A stretch of 64,000 nt of DNA from Alphaproteobacteria bacterium (GTDB taxonomy: Bacteria; Pseudomonadota; Alphaproteobacteria; Bin95): assembly GCA_965261985.1 (NCBI GenBank), contig OZ253490.1:4139121-4203120 (forward strand), read 5' to 3'. The notes below the pieces were generated by a model. It ran no database searches, was not told where the DNA came from, and saw only the letters and a program-made list of their open reading frames with translations. Shown one piece after another: positions 55,301 through 64,000 of the stretch; position 1 is the stretch's first letter; each line of letters starts with the position of its first letter. The position numbers were made by a program, and so were the translations under genes.

Positions 55301-56906
55301 GTAACTGCCCAGCACATTGGTCATTGCGGGGTTCGTTCTTGGGTCAGGGTTCAGGCGTATTGGATATTTTCGATGAGGCTGTCGGATGTGCCTGTCAGGG
55401 TGTTGAGTATGTCCCATCCCTGCTTTTGAGCGGTGGCGATGATTGTGCGCAGTATGGCGAAGTCGTCTGCGCCGCTTCGGGAGCGGAAGCCGCCGGAGAT
55501 TTTCTGGCGCAGTTTCATCATGCGCAGGTCGCGCTCGGCCTCGTTGTTGGTGAAGGGGACCTGTGGGTCGGTGAGGAAGCGCAGGGTCTCGTCTCGGCGC
55601 TCATGCAGGCGCAAGGCGAGGTTATGGCCCTTGCGCCGCCTCGGTGTCCCGCGCCGGCCGGGCGACGGGAGCGGCGGCTGGCTCTCATGGAACGCCAGCG
55701 CCTCGACAAGCAGCCGGTCGTAGCCGCGCGCAATCCGCGCCAGAAGCCGCCCCGGAACGGCGTGACCCCGCTCCCGCGCGATCCGCGCCACACGCCGGGC
55801 CCGAAGCAGATGACGCTGCATGCGCCGCGCCCAGTCCTCCTTGTCGAACTCCACCAGCGCCTGCAACTCCCGCAGGTGATGGGCGTTGCAAAGCGCATGC
55901 TCCACACCCGCCATCGGCCAATAGCATTGCCAGTGGTCGTGCATCGCTATCCCGGACACCCCCGCAGGCACTGCCCCACGCCGCTCGCTTACCCGATAGG
56001 CCGCCAGCAAGAGCCTGCCCCGGACCCGATCCGGGGATGTGCACATCACATGAAGCCAACGCGTGCGACCGCCGATCCGAAGCCCGGTCTCGTCCAGATG
56101 CTTCACCCGCGCCTTGCTGGCCGCCAGCTCCTGTATGTGCGCGGCCGCGTCCCGCAGACGCCCCGCAGCCCGACCGCTCATCGCCGCCAATGTCGCCGGA
56201 GACACACGCACCCCGAACAACACCGCCATCACCTCAGACAGCCGCCGCTCCGGCAGGAACTGCGCATGACGCAGCCAGACCGCCGCACCGGCAAGTCGTT
56301 GGCCATACTGCGCCGCGGCCGACACACCGGCCGGGAACGCCGCCCGCGTCACCTCACCGCAACGCCCGCAGCGACGCGCATGACCCCGATGCTCCGTGAC
56401 CTCCAGCGGGCGCGGCTCCGGCAGATCGAATACCTGACGCGCTACCGGAGCGCCCACCGGCGACGCCGGCGACAGCGACGCCCCGCAGCACCGGCAGGAC
56501 GCCGGAACATGCTCCTCAAACCGGTCCGGGCTGGCCGTACGGCACAGCGTCTTGCCCTTGTGCCCCGCCTGTCCGCCCGGCTTGCGCCCCGTCTTGCCCC
56601 TCAGGCTACCGGTTCGACGCTCAGACGCCGGCTTCTTCAACCCGTCGCTCGACGGCGGCTGGCCGCTGTTGCGGCTGTTCAGACCGAGACGACGCTCCAA
56701 CTCCGAAATGCGTTCCTCAAGACGCGCGTTCCGCTCCCGCAGCCACGCGTTCTCCAACTCCAGACGCGCGGTCTTCCCACCCGATGTCTCGGATCGCGAC
56801 CCCGGCAAAGGACCATGCGACGGTTTGGAACCACTCATGGAAAGGTTGACTCATTTTCAAACCACCGCGTCAACCCCTCACCAACACAGATATCCTGGGC
56901 AGTTAC
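55301..56906 (-). mobile_element. IS66-family insertion sequence, copy 2 (diverged), 1606 bp
   Basis: The ends are GTAACTGCCCAG... (55301-) and ...CTGGGCAGTTAC (-56906). It is flanked by the 8-bp direct repeat GACATTTC (55293-55300 and 56907-56914), which is the reverse complement of the copy-1 duplication. Confidence 0.9.
55351..56838 (-). CDS. IS66-family transposase (TnpC-type), copy 2
   Basis: 495 aa and collinear with the copy-1 transposase, with many substitutions and a 6-aa shorter N-terminal zipper. Confidence 0.9.
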   Translation of the reverse strand: MSGSKPSHGPLPGSRSETSGGKTARLELENAWLRERNARLEERISELERRLGLNSRNSGQPPSSDGLKKPASERRTGSLRGKTGRKPGGQAGHKGKTLCRTASPDRFEEHVPASCRCCGASLSPASPVGAPVARQVFDLPEPRPLEVTEHRGHARRCGRCGEVTRAAFPAGVSAAAQYGQRLAGAAVWLRHAQFLPERRLSEVMAVLFGVRVSPATLAAMSGRAAGRLRDAAAHIQELAASKARVKHLDETGLRIGGRTRWLHVMCTSPDRVRGRLLLAAYRVSERRGAVPAGVSGIAMHDHWQCYWPMAGVEHALCNAHHLRELQALVEFDKEDWARRMQRHLLRARRVARIARERGHAVPGRLLARIARGYDRLLVEALAFHESQPPLPSPGRRGTPRRRKGHNLALRLHERRDETLRFLTDPQVPFTNNEAERDLRMMKLRQKISGGFRSRSGADDFAILRTIIATAQKQGWDILNTLTGTSDSLIENIQYA

Positions 56907-57037
56907 GACATTTCATGACATATCAGGGGGTGTCCCGGCCCCGGCCGCCCTGTCGGCCATGCCGGTGACGGCCGCCGGCCCGGTTGCTAGATTGGCGCCC
57001 ACCGCCGGGGGGATATCCGCAATGACGAGATCGAGCC

Positions 57038-59083
57038 ATGAATAGGCCTGAGGGCGGGTCCTGGATCGTCGGGGTCGATGTCGGCGGCACCTTCACCGAC
57101 TTCTCCGCCGTCAACGACCGGACCGGCGAAACGCATATCTTCAAGCGTCCCTCGACGCCGGACGACCCGAGCCGCGCGATCCTCGAGGGCATCCGGGAAA
57201 TGGCGGACGCCTGCGGGATCGCGCTCGACGAGGTATCCCGCCTGGCGCACGGCACGACGGTCGCGACCAATGCGCTGCTCCAGGGCAAGGGCGGCAGGGT
57301 GGCGCTGGTCACCACCGAGGGCTTCCGGGACCTGCTGGAGATCGGCCGGCAGGTCCGCCCGCACATGTACGATTTCCGCCGCACCTGGCCCGCGCCGCCG
57401 GTGCCGCCGGAGCGGCGTTTCGAGCTTGCCGAGCGCATGGATGCGGCGGGCAAACCGGTGCGCGCGCCGACCGGGGCCGATATCGAGGCGGCCGTCGAGG
57501 CGGTCCGCGCCAGCGGGGCCGAGGCTTGCGCCGTATGCTTCCTGTTTGCCTATCTGAACGGCACGCATGAACAGGCAATGGCCGCCGCCCTGCGTGCGGC
57601 GCTGCCGGACTTGCAAGTCTCGCTGTCGTCCGAAGTCCAGCCCGAGTTCCGGGAGTTCGAGCGCTTCTCGACCACGGCCGTGAACGCCTGTCTGCAATCG
57701 GTGATGGATCGTTATCTCGGCCGGCTGGAAGAAGGGCTTTCCCTTGCGGCCCCGCGCGCCAGCCTCGGCATCAACCAGTCGAGCGGCGGCCTGATGTCCG
57801 TTGACCGGGCGCGCTCCTTTCCGGTCCGCACCGCCCTTTCGGGGCCGGCCGCGGGCGTCGTCGGCGCGATCCACGCGGCGCAGAGCACCGGCTTCGACGA
57901 TCTCGTCACGCTCGACATGGGCGGCACCAGCGCCGACATGGCGCTCATCCGGGGCGGAGAGGCCGATATCGCCTATGAGCGGGCCGTCGCGGGCTTCCCC
58001 ATTCGCCTGCCGCAAATCGACATTGCGACCATCGGGGCCGGCGGCGGCTCTATCGCCTGGTTCGACCGCGATGGCCTGATGAAGGTCGGCCCGCAAAGCG
58101 CCGGCGCCGACCCCGGCCCCGCCTGCTACGGGCGGGGCAACACGGAACCGACCGTGACGGACGCCAACCTGCTGCTGGGCCGGCTGAGCGTGCGGGGCCT
58201 GCTGGACGGGAGCATGCGCCTCGACGAGGACAAGGCCCGCGCCGCCTTCGAGCCGGCCGCCGCGCGCCTCGGGCTTTCGGTCGAGCGCACTGCGGAAGGC
58301 GTGCTCGACATCGTGGCCGCCAACATGATCCGCGCGATCCGCACGGTCTCCGTCGAACGCGGCCACGACCCGCGCGGCTATGTGCTGGCCGCCTTCGGCG
58401 GCGCGGGGCCGCTGCATGCCCGCGATGTGGCCGCCGGCATCGGCATAGGCGAAATCCTTGTGCCGCCCGCTCCCGGCATCGTCTGCGCCGAGGGCCTGCT
58501 GGTCTCGGACCTGCGCGAGACCCTCACCCGGAGCGAGCGCATCGCCGTGTCGCCGGAGGCGTTTCCGCGCATTGCGGCCATCCTGGAGGAGCTGGAGGAG
58601 CACGCCCGGCTCTGGTTCGCGGGCGAAGGCACTGCCGAAGAAGGCCGGCAGACCGAGGTCTCGCTCGACATGCGCCATGTCGGGCAGAATTTCGAACTCG
58701 CCGTCACGCTGCCGGAAAGCCTCGACGACCTTCGCGACCGGTTCCTCGACGCGCATGAGTTCGCTTACGGCTTCCGCAATCCGGAAGACCCGGTCGAAAT
58801 CGTCAATCTGCGGCTGACGGCGAAGGCCCGCCTCTACCGCGCCCCGCAGACAACGCTGCCGCCCGCCGAAGGGCCGCCTCGGCCGAGGGAACGCCGGCTC
58901 GCCCGGTTCGCCGGCCGGGAGTGCCCGGACACGCCGGTTTTCGACCGCGCCGCGCTCGGCGCGGGCAGCCGCATCGCCGGCCCGGCCGTCATCGAGCAAC
59001 TCGACGCCACCGCTATCGTCTATCCGGGCGACACGGCGGCGGTGGACACTTACGGCAACCTCACCATACGGATCGCTGCATGA
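57038..59083 (+). CDS. hyuA: Hydantoinase A / oxoprolinase family protein (HyuA)
   Basis: VGVDVGGTFTDFSAV...THGTTVATNALLQGKG...TLDMGGTSAD. Confidence 0.9.
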   Translation: MNRPEGGSWIVGVDVGGTFTDFSAVNDRTGETHIFKRPSTPDDPSRAILEGIREMADACGIALDEVSRLAHGTTVATNALLQGKGGRVALVTTEGFRDLLEIGRQVRPHMYDFRRTWPAPPVPPERRFELAERMDAAGKPVRAPTGADIEAAVEAVRASGAEACAVCFLFAYLNGTHEQAMAAALRAALPDLQVSLSSEVQPEFREFERFSTTAVNACLQSVMDRYLGRLEEGLSLAAPRASLGINQSSGGLMSVDRARSFPVRTALSGPAAGVVGAIHAAQSTGFDDLVTLDMGGTSADMALIRGGEADIAYERAVAGFPIRLPQIDIATIGAGGGSIAWFDRDGLMKVGPQSAGADPGPACYGRGNTEPTVTDANLLLGRLSVRGLLDGSMRLDEDKARAAFEPAAARLGLSVERTAEGVLDIVAANMIRAIRTVSVERGHDPRGYVLAAFGGAGPLHARDVAAGIGIGEILVPPAPGIVCAEGLLVSDLRETLTRSERIAVSPEAFPRIAAILEELEEHARLWFAGEGTAEEGRQTEVSLDMRHVGQNFELAVTLPESLDDLRDRFLDAHEFAYGFRNPEDPVEIVNLRLTAKARLYRAPQTTLPPAEGPPRPRERRLARFAGRECPDTPVFDRAALGAGSRIAGPAVIEQLDATAIVYPGDTAAVDTYGNLTIRIAA

Positions 59084-60669
59084 CCGCGCTCGACCCCATC
59101 GGCCTCGAAATCCTCGCCAACGCGCTCCGCTCGATCACCGACGAGACCTTCGCCGCGCTGATGAAGAGCGCCTATTCGACCAACATCAAGGAGCGTCACG
59201 ACCACTCGACCGCGATCATGGACGCGCAGGGCCGGCTGATCGCCCAGGCGGAGCAATCCCTGCCCATTCACATCGCGTCGATGAGCGGGCTGATGGATTG
59301 CCTGCTGGCGCGCTATGGCGACGATATCGAGGAAGGCGACATCGTCATCGCCAACGATCCGCACACGGCGGGCGGCACCCATCTGCCCGACATCAACATG
59401 GCCTCGCCGGTCTTCGCGCACGGGCGCATCGTCGCCTGGATCTGCAACATCGCGCACCACGCCGATGTCGGCGGCATGGCGCCGGGGTCGATGGCGGGCG
59501 GCATGTCGGAAATCTACCAGGAAGGCCTGCGGGTGCCGGTTGTCAAGCTCTTCCGCCGGGGCGTGCTGCAGAAGGAGCTGTTCGACCTCGTGCTCCTGAA
59601 TGTGCGGCTGCCGAACGAGCGGCGCGGCGACTATTTCGCACAGGTTGCAGCCTGCAATCTGGGGGTGAGGCGCATGGCGGAGACCGTCGAAGCCTATGGC
59701 GCCGATACGGTCCACGCCGCCTTCGAGGACATGCTGGCGCGCACCGCAGGCCGCATGGCGGAGGCCATTCGCACCATCCCGGACGGCACCTACCGCTTCG
59801 ACGATGTCATGGACGACGACGGCATCGACACCCGCGACATCCCCATCGTGCTGACCGTCGAGAAGGAAGGCGGCCGCGCCAGCTTCGATTTCTCGGGCAC
59901 CGCTCCGCAGGTGCCCGGAAACATCAATGTGACCATGAACGCCACCGTCGCCGCGGTCACCTATGCGCTCAAGGCGCTGCTGGACCCCGAGGTGCCGAAC
60001 AACCAGGCGGTGATCGACTGCGTGGAGATTTCGGCGCCGCGCGGCTCGCTGCTCAACGCCGTCTTCCCCGCTCCCGTGGCGGCCAGGGCACATACCTGCC
60101 AGCGGATCATCGACGTCGTGTTCGGCGCGCTCGCCCCCGCCCTGCCCGACCGCGCGCCGGCGGCCGGCAACGGCGCGAACACTACCGCCGTCTTCTCGGG
60201 CATCGACCCGCGAACGGGCGAGGGCTACCTCTATCTCGAAACGCTCGGCGGCGGCGGCGGCGGCTGGCCCGGCGGCCACGGCAAGGACGGCGTGCAGGTC
60301 GGCATCACCAACACCTCCAACCTGCCGGTCGAGGCCATCGAGACCGAATATCCGTTGATGGTCGAGCGCTACGGCCTCCTGGAAGGCTCCGGCGGCGCAG
60401 GGCGGTTCCGGGGCGGGCGCGGGATGTATCGCGTGGTGCGGCCGGTCGGACACGATTGCCTCTTCAACGGCGCGGGCGAGCGCTTTACCAACGCGCCCTG
60501 GGGCCTTGCCGGCGGCGAGCCCGGCGGCCGCGGCCGCTTCGCGCTCCTGGACGCCGCCGGCGCCGAGACCCCCCTCGCTACCAAGCCCTCCGGCATCATC
60601 GTGCGAGAGGGCGAGCGGCTCCTCGTCGAGACCCCCGGCGCGGGCGGGTTCGGGTCCCCCCCGTCGTGA
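59080..60669 (+). CDS. hyuB: Hydantoinase B / oxoprolinase family protein (HyuB)
   Basis: The ATG at 59080 overlaps the hyuA stop (ATGA). MTALDPIGLEILANALRSITDE...NDPHTAGGTHLPD. Confidence 0.9.
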   Translation: MTALDPIGLEILANALRSITDETFAALMKSAYSTNIKERHDHSTAIMDAQGRLIAQAEQSLPIHIASMSGLMDCLLARYGDDIEEGDIVIANDPHTAGGTHLPDINMASPVFAHGRIVAWICNIAHHADVGGMAPGSMAGGMSEIYQEGLRVPVVKLFRRGVLQKELFDLVLLNVRLPNERRGDYFAQVAACNLGVRRMAETVEAYGADTVHAAFEDMLARTAGRMAEAIRTIPDGTYRFDDVMDDDGIDTRDIPIVLTVEKEGGRASFDFSGTAPQVPGNINVTMNATVAAVTYALKALLDPEVPNNQAVIDCVEISAPRGSLLNAVFPAPVAARAHTCQRIIDVVFGALAPALPDRAPAAGNGANTTAVFSGIDPRTGEGYLYLETLGGGGGGWPGGHGKDGVQVGITNTSNLPVEAIETEYPLMVERYGLLEGSGGAGRFRGGRGMYRVVRPVGHDCLFNGAGERFTNAPWGLAGGEPGGRGRFALLDAAGAETPLATKPSGIIVREGERLLVETPGAGGFGSPPS

Positions 60670-61463
60670 GCCCCGTGCGCGTCGAACGCCGGGGGATCGC
60701 GCTTCATGTCCTGCTGACAAGGCCCGAGCGCCGCAATGCGCTGACCCAGTGGACCATGGAGGCGCTGCTGGCCGCGTTCCGGGAAGCCGCACGGTCGGAT
60801 GCCCGCGCCGTCGTGCTGCGCGGCGAGGGCGGGCAGTTCTCGGCCGGCGGCGACATGTCGATGCTGGGCGCCATCCCTCCGCCGGCGGACCCGGACCCGC
60901 TGTTCCCGCTCTATCGCAGGATGGGCCATGTTCTGGAGCTGCTGAACGCCCTGCCGCAGGCCGTCATCGCCGTGGTCGAGGGCGCCTGCACCGGCGGCGG
61001 CCTCGGCATGGTCTGCTGCTCCGATGTCGCGATCATGCATGAGGACGCGAAGATCGGCCTGCCCGAGGCGCGCTCCGGCTTCATCCCGGCGCAGGTGATC
61101 CCCCATATCGTACGCCGCATGGGCGAGGGCTGGACCCGGCGACTGGTCGCAACCGGCGTCATCCTCGACGGCCGCCATGCTCGGCAAGACGGCCTGGCCC
61201 ACATCCTCGTCGCCAGCCGCGAGGAGGCCGACGAGGCGCTGGCGGAGGTGCTGGATCAGGTCCGCCTCTGCGAGCCCTCGGCCGTCGCGGAAGCGAAACG
61301 CCTTGTCCTCTCGGTCGGCGACCGCCCGGTGGACGAAACCCTCGACGACGCCGCCCGCACCATCGCCGCCCTCCTGCGCGGCCCCGCCGCCCGCGCCGGC
61401 ATAGACGCCTTCCGGGAAAAGCGTCCGCCGCCATGGGCGGAGGAGCCTTCGTCCGAAGATTGA
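60666..61463 (+). CDS. Enoyl-CoA hydratase/isomerase family protein
   Basis: The GTG at 60666 overlaps the hyuB stop (GTGA). LLTRPERRNALT...GGQFSAGGDM...VIAVVEGACTGGGLGMVCCSDVAIM...AFREKRPP. Confidence 0.8.
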   Translation: MSPVRVERRGIALHVLLTRPERRNALTQWTMEALLAAFREAARSDARAVVLRGEGGQFSAGGDMSMLGAIPPPADPDPLFPLYRRMGHVLELLNALPQAVIAVVEGACTGGGLGMVCCSDVAIMHEDAKIGLPEARSGFIPAQVIPHIVRRMGEGWTRRLVATGVILDGRHARQDGLAHILVASREEADEALAEVLDQVRLCEPSAVAEAKRLVLSVGDRPVDETLDDAARTIAALLRGPAARAGIDAFREKRPPPWAEEPSSED

Positions 61464-61488
61464 CCGCCTTGCCGCAGCCCGGCTGCCC

Positions 61489-62376
61489 TCAGCCCAGCCC
61501 TTCGATCCGTGCCGCCAGTGCCAGCGTGCGGCGGGCTTTTTCCACGATGGGGTAATCGACGAAATAGCCGTCCACCTGGATCGAGGCCAGGCCGGCGGCC
61601 TCGGCTTCGTCGAATGCCGCGACGATGCGCCGCGCGCGTTCCGTCTCCGCTTCCGTCGGCGAGAAGGCGTCGTTGACCGGGCCCACCTGGTCCGGATGGA
61701 TGCAGAGCTTGCCCTGGAATCCCATGGCAAGCACGCGCCGGGCGGACGCGGCGAAGGCCTCCGTTTCGCGCAGCTCGATGAACACCGTATCGACCGGCGG
61801 CTCCAGCCCGCCCGCCCGCGATTCCAGCACGATTGCCGTGCGCGCATGGGCAAGCTCCGCCTCGTCCAGCGACCAGTGGAGCCCCACGTCGAGCGTGTAA
61901 TCGCCGGCGCCGAAACAGAGCCGGCGGAGGCGCGAGCGGCAGTTGGCGATCTCCTTCAGGTTCGAGACGCCGAGCCCGGTTTCGACGATAGGCATGAGGT
62001 CGATGCTGCCTGTCTCCAGTCCGGCCTTGCGCTCAAGCTGGGCAAGCGTCCAGTCGATGGTCTGGAGCATGGCCGCGCTTTCGAGCTTCGGCAGCACGAT
62101 GCCGTCGAGCCAGGGTCCGACAATCGCTTCCATATCCTCGAAGCACCACTCGGTCTCGGCGGCGTTGACGCGCACGAAGCCCTTGCACGGCCGCTGCCGC
62201 TGTAAGGCGGCGACGGCAAGCGCGCGGGCTGCGGGCTTCTTCGCGACCGCCACGGCGTCCTCAAGGTCGAGGATCGCCGCATCGGCGCCGGCCTGGAACA
62301 CCTTCTCGGCCCGGCGGGCATGGTTGGCCGGGGCGAACAGGAAGCTCCGCCACGGCCCCGTCGAAAGAACGCTCAC
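61489..62376 (-). CDS. HpcH/HpaI aldolase / citrate-lyase beta (CitE)-like lyase
   Basis: SFLFAPANHARRAEKVFQAGADAAILDLEDAVA...RVN...CFGAGDY...KLCIHPDQV. Confidence 0.85.
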   Translation of the reverse strand: MSVLSTGPWRSFLFAPANHARRAEKVFQAGADAAILDLEDAVAVAKKPAARALAVAALQRQRPCKGFVRVNAAETEWCFEDMEAIVGPWLDGIVLPKLESAAMLQTIDWTLAQLERKAGLETGSIDLMPIVETGLGVSNLKEIANCRSRLRRLCFGAGDYTLDVGLHWSLDEAELAHARTAIVLESRAGGLEPPVDTVFIELRETEAFAASARRVLAMGFQGKLCIHPDQVGPVNDAFSPTEAETERARRIVAAFDEAEAAGLASIQVDGYFVDYPIVEKARRTLALAARIEGLG

Positions 62377-62385
62377 GTCCCTGCC

Positions 62386-63162
62386 TCACATTGCAGTCAT
62401 GCCGCCGTCGATGCTGAGATTCTTGCCGGTGATGTAGTTCGCGCCCGGCGAGAGCAGGAAACAGACGCTCGGCGCCACATCGCTGGTCTCGGCATAACGG
62501 CCGAGCGGAATGCGGGCGATGGTCTGGGCGCCGAATTTCGGCCCGCGGATCACTTCGGTCATCGGGGTCACGACCGTGCCGAACGCCACCGAATTCACGC
62601 AGATGCCGTAACGCGCCCATTCGCGCGCGGCGCTCATGGTGATGCCGAGCACGCCGGCCTTGGCAGCGCCGTAGTTGATCTGGCCGATCGTGCCGGCCGT
62701 GCCGGCGATCGAGGACACATTGACGATCTGGCCGGGGCAGACGCCGAACTCGCCGGTCTCCGACTGCTTGATCATCTGGCGGCCCACCGACTGCAGGCAG
62801 AGATAGACCGCGGTGAGGTTCACATTGATGACCTGGTCCCAGTATTCGCGGCTCATCTTGTGGATCATGGCGGCGCGGACGATGCCGGCATTGTTGACCA
62901 GTCCGGTGATCGAGCCCCACTCGCCCACCATCGTCTCGACGATGCTGTCCGCAAGGCTCTGTTCGGTGACCGAGCCGTGGAAGCCCATCGCATTGCCCTC
63001 GCCGAGTTCGGCGACGAGGCTGTTTATGCCTTCCTCATTGAGATCGACGACGGCGACGCGGCCGCCCATGGAGACCACCGTGCGCGCGACCTCGCGGCCG
63101 ACGCCCTGCGCCGCGCCGGTCACCAGGATATTGCGGCCTTCGAGGCTGAAGGGATTGCTCAT
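62386..63162 (-). CDS. SDR-family oxidoreductase (FabG-like)
   Basis: It has the TGAAQGVG cofactor motif, NNAG, and the YGAAK catalytic motif. Confidence 0.9.
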   Translation of the reverse strand: MSNPFSLEGRNILVTGAAQGVGREVARTVVSMGGRVAVVDLNEEGINSLVAELGEGNAMGFHGSVTEQSLADSIVETMVGEWGSITGLVNNAGIVRAAMIHKMSREYWDQVINVNLTAVYLCLQSVGRQMIKQSETGEFGVCPGQIVNVSSIAGTAGTIGQINYGAAKAGVLGITMSAAREWARYGICVNSVAFGTVVTPMTEVIRGPKFGAQTIARIPLGRYAETSDVAPSVCFLLSPGANYITGKNLSIDGGMTAM

Positions 63163-63239
63163 TTGGGCGTTTCCTTATGCATGGAGGTTCCGTTACCGTA
63201 GCCGCAACTGCGCCGGCGGCAAGCGGGAGAAAGGGACGC

Positions 63240-64000
63240 ATGACGGAGAATCCGCGCTGGAAGCAGCGCCCGGAGGGGTCCACCTGGGGCGATTGGGGGC
63301 CGGACGACCAGCTCGGCCGGCTGAACCTGCTGACGCCGGAGCGGGTGCTCGCCGCGCGCGAGGAAATCCGCCTGGGCGAGGTTTATTGCCTGTCCCTGCC
63401 GCTCGACTATCCGGGCCGCAACATCCTCAATCCGCGCCGCCATCCGCCGGTGCTGGAGCCGACCCAGGGGCCGGACGGCGCGCCCCGCTACAACTACCCG
63501 CTCCAGCTCGACGACCCGCGCCATATCGATGTCGGCTGCGACGACCGGGTGCATATGACGCTCCAGTACTCGTCCCAGTGGGATGCGTTCTGCCATATGG
63601 GCCAGCTGTTCGACGCGGACGGCGACGGCATCCCGGAAATCCGTTTCTACAACGGCTTCAAGGGCGGCGAGGACATTGTCGGGCCGGTGGACTACAACGC
63701 CGACGGCTCGCAGACGCCGCGCCCGGAAGCCATGGGCGCGCGCAAGCTCGGCATCGAGACCTTCGCTGAGAAGGGCGTGGTCGGGCGCGGCGTAATGATC
63801 GATCTGGAGCGCTTCTTCGGCCGCGACAGCCGCCATCTCGTCACCTGTGACGAGCTGATGCGCGTGCTGGAAGAGACCGGCGCCACGGTCGAGGAAGGCG
63901 ACCTCGCTTTCTTCTACACCGGGTTCGCGGACCTCATCCTCGAAATGGAAAAGGAGCCCGACGGCCCCCGCCTCGCCAATAGCTGCGCGGCGCTCGATGG
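63240..64000 (+). CDS. Cyclase-family protein (kynurenine-formamidase-like), 3'-partial at window end
   Basis: This is my own translation from the ATG at 63240 (RBS GGGAGAAAGGG): MTENPRWKQRPEGSTWGDWGPDDQLGRLNLLTPERVLAAREEIRLGEVYCLSLPL... It stays open to the end of the window and is not in the ORF track because it has no stop. Confidence 0.65.
   Translation, partial: MTENPRWKQRPEGSTWGDWGPDDQLGRLNLLTPERVLAAREEIRLGEVYCLSLPLDYPGRNILNPRRHPPVLEPTQGPDGAPRYNYPLQLDDPRHIDVGCDDRVHMTLQYSSQWDAFCHMGQLFDADGDGIPEIRFYNGFKGGEDIVGPVDYNADGSQTPRPEAMGARKLGIETFAEKGVVGRGVMIDLERFFGRDSRHLVTCDELMRVLEETGATVEEGDLAFFYTGFADLILEMEKEPDGPRLANSCAALD

Noticed and set aside
19278-56906. The two IS66 copies as ends of a composite transposon.
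   Set aside because: Each copy has its own 8-bp duplication, and the interior holds essential housekeeping genes (prfB, mrcA, rne, his operon). The copies are also clearly diverged.

Overview
This is a high-GC bacterial chromosomal window (well over 60% G+C by eye). Gene content and repeat style look alphaproteobacterial, which is an inference. Most of it is ordinary core or catabolic DNA. That includes a MarR/EmrAB-like efflux operon, ubiX, an orphan OmpR-type regulator with an MBL hydrolase, yggS, a TRAP transporter, and a CoA-transferase/hydratase/LLM/acyl-CoA-ligase cluster. It also includes tRNA-Phe, a molybdopterin oxidoreductase, prfB (programmed +1 frameshift), PBP1A, an amidase, rne, hisB-hisH-hisA-hisF-hisE, a sulfatase, TctCBA, an M24 peptidase and a hydantoinase A/B cluster. 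The accessory part runs from about 19.0 to 31.5 kb, with a smaller patch at 54.5-57.0 kb. It holds two diverged single-ORF IS66-family copies in inverted orientation. Each has an 8-bp duplication of the same octamer, inside the same short ATGTCATG-rich motif. It also holds an IS21-family element (istAB) between two unrelated phage gene fragments, a MuF-like head protein and a lambda-J-like tail protein. A QueC-like PP-loop protein is coupled to the tail gene, and a modular dispersed repeat family is present. The best candidate for a new system is a low-GC islet at about 28.3-31.45 kb carrying a tight three-gene operon on the minus strand. Its products are a 119-aa toxin candidate, an MqsA-type Zn-ribbon/HTH antitoxin with a 40-aa C-terminal tail, and a 615-aa KGGVGR-motif ParA/MinD-like ATPase fused to TPR repeats. 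I read this as a possible tripartite toxin-antitoxin/defence module. All calls rest on reading the translated ORFs, motifs recalled from memory, and by-eye alignment. No database search was run.
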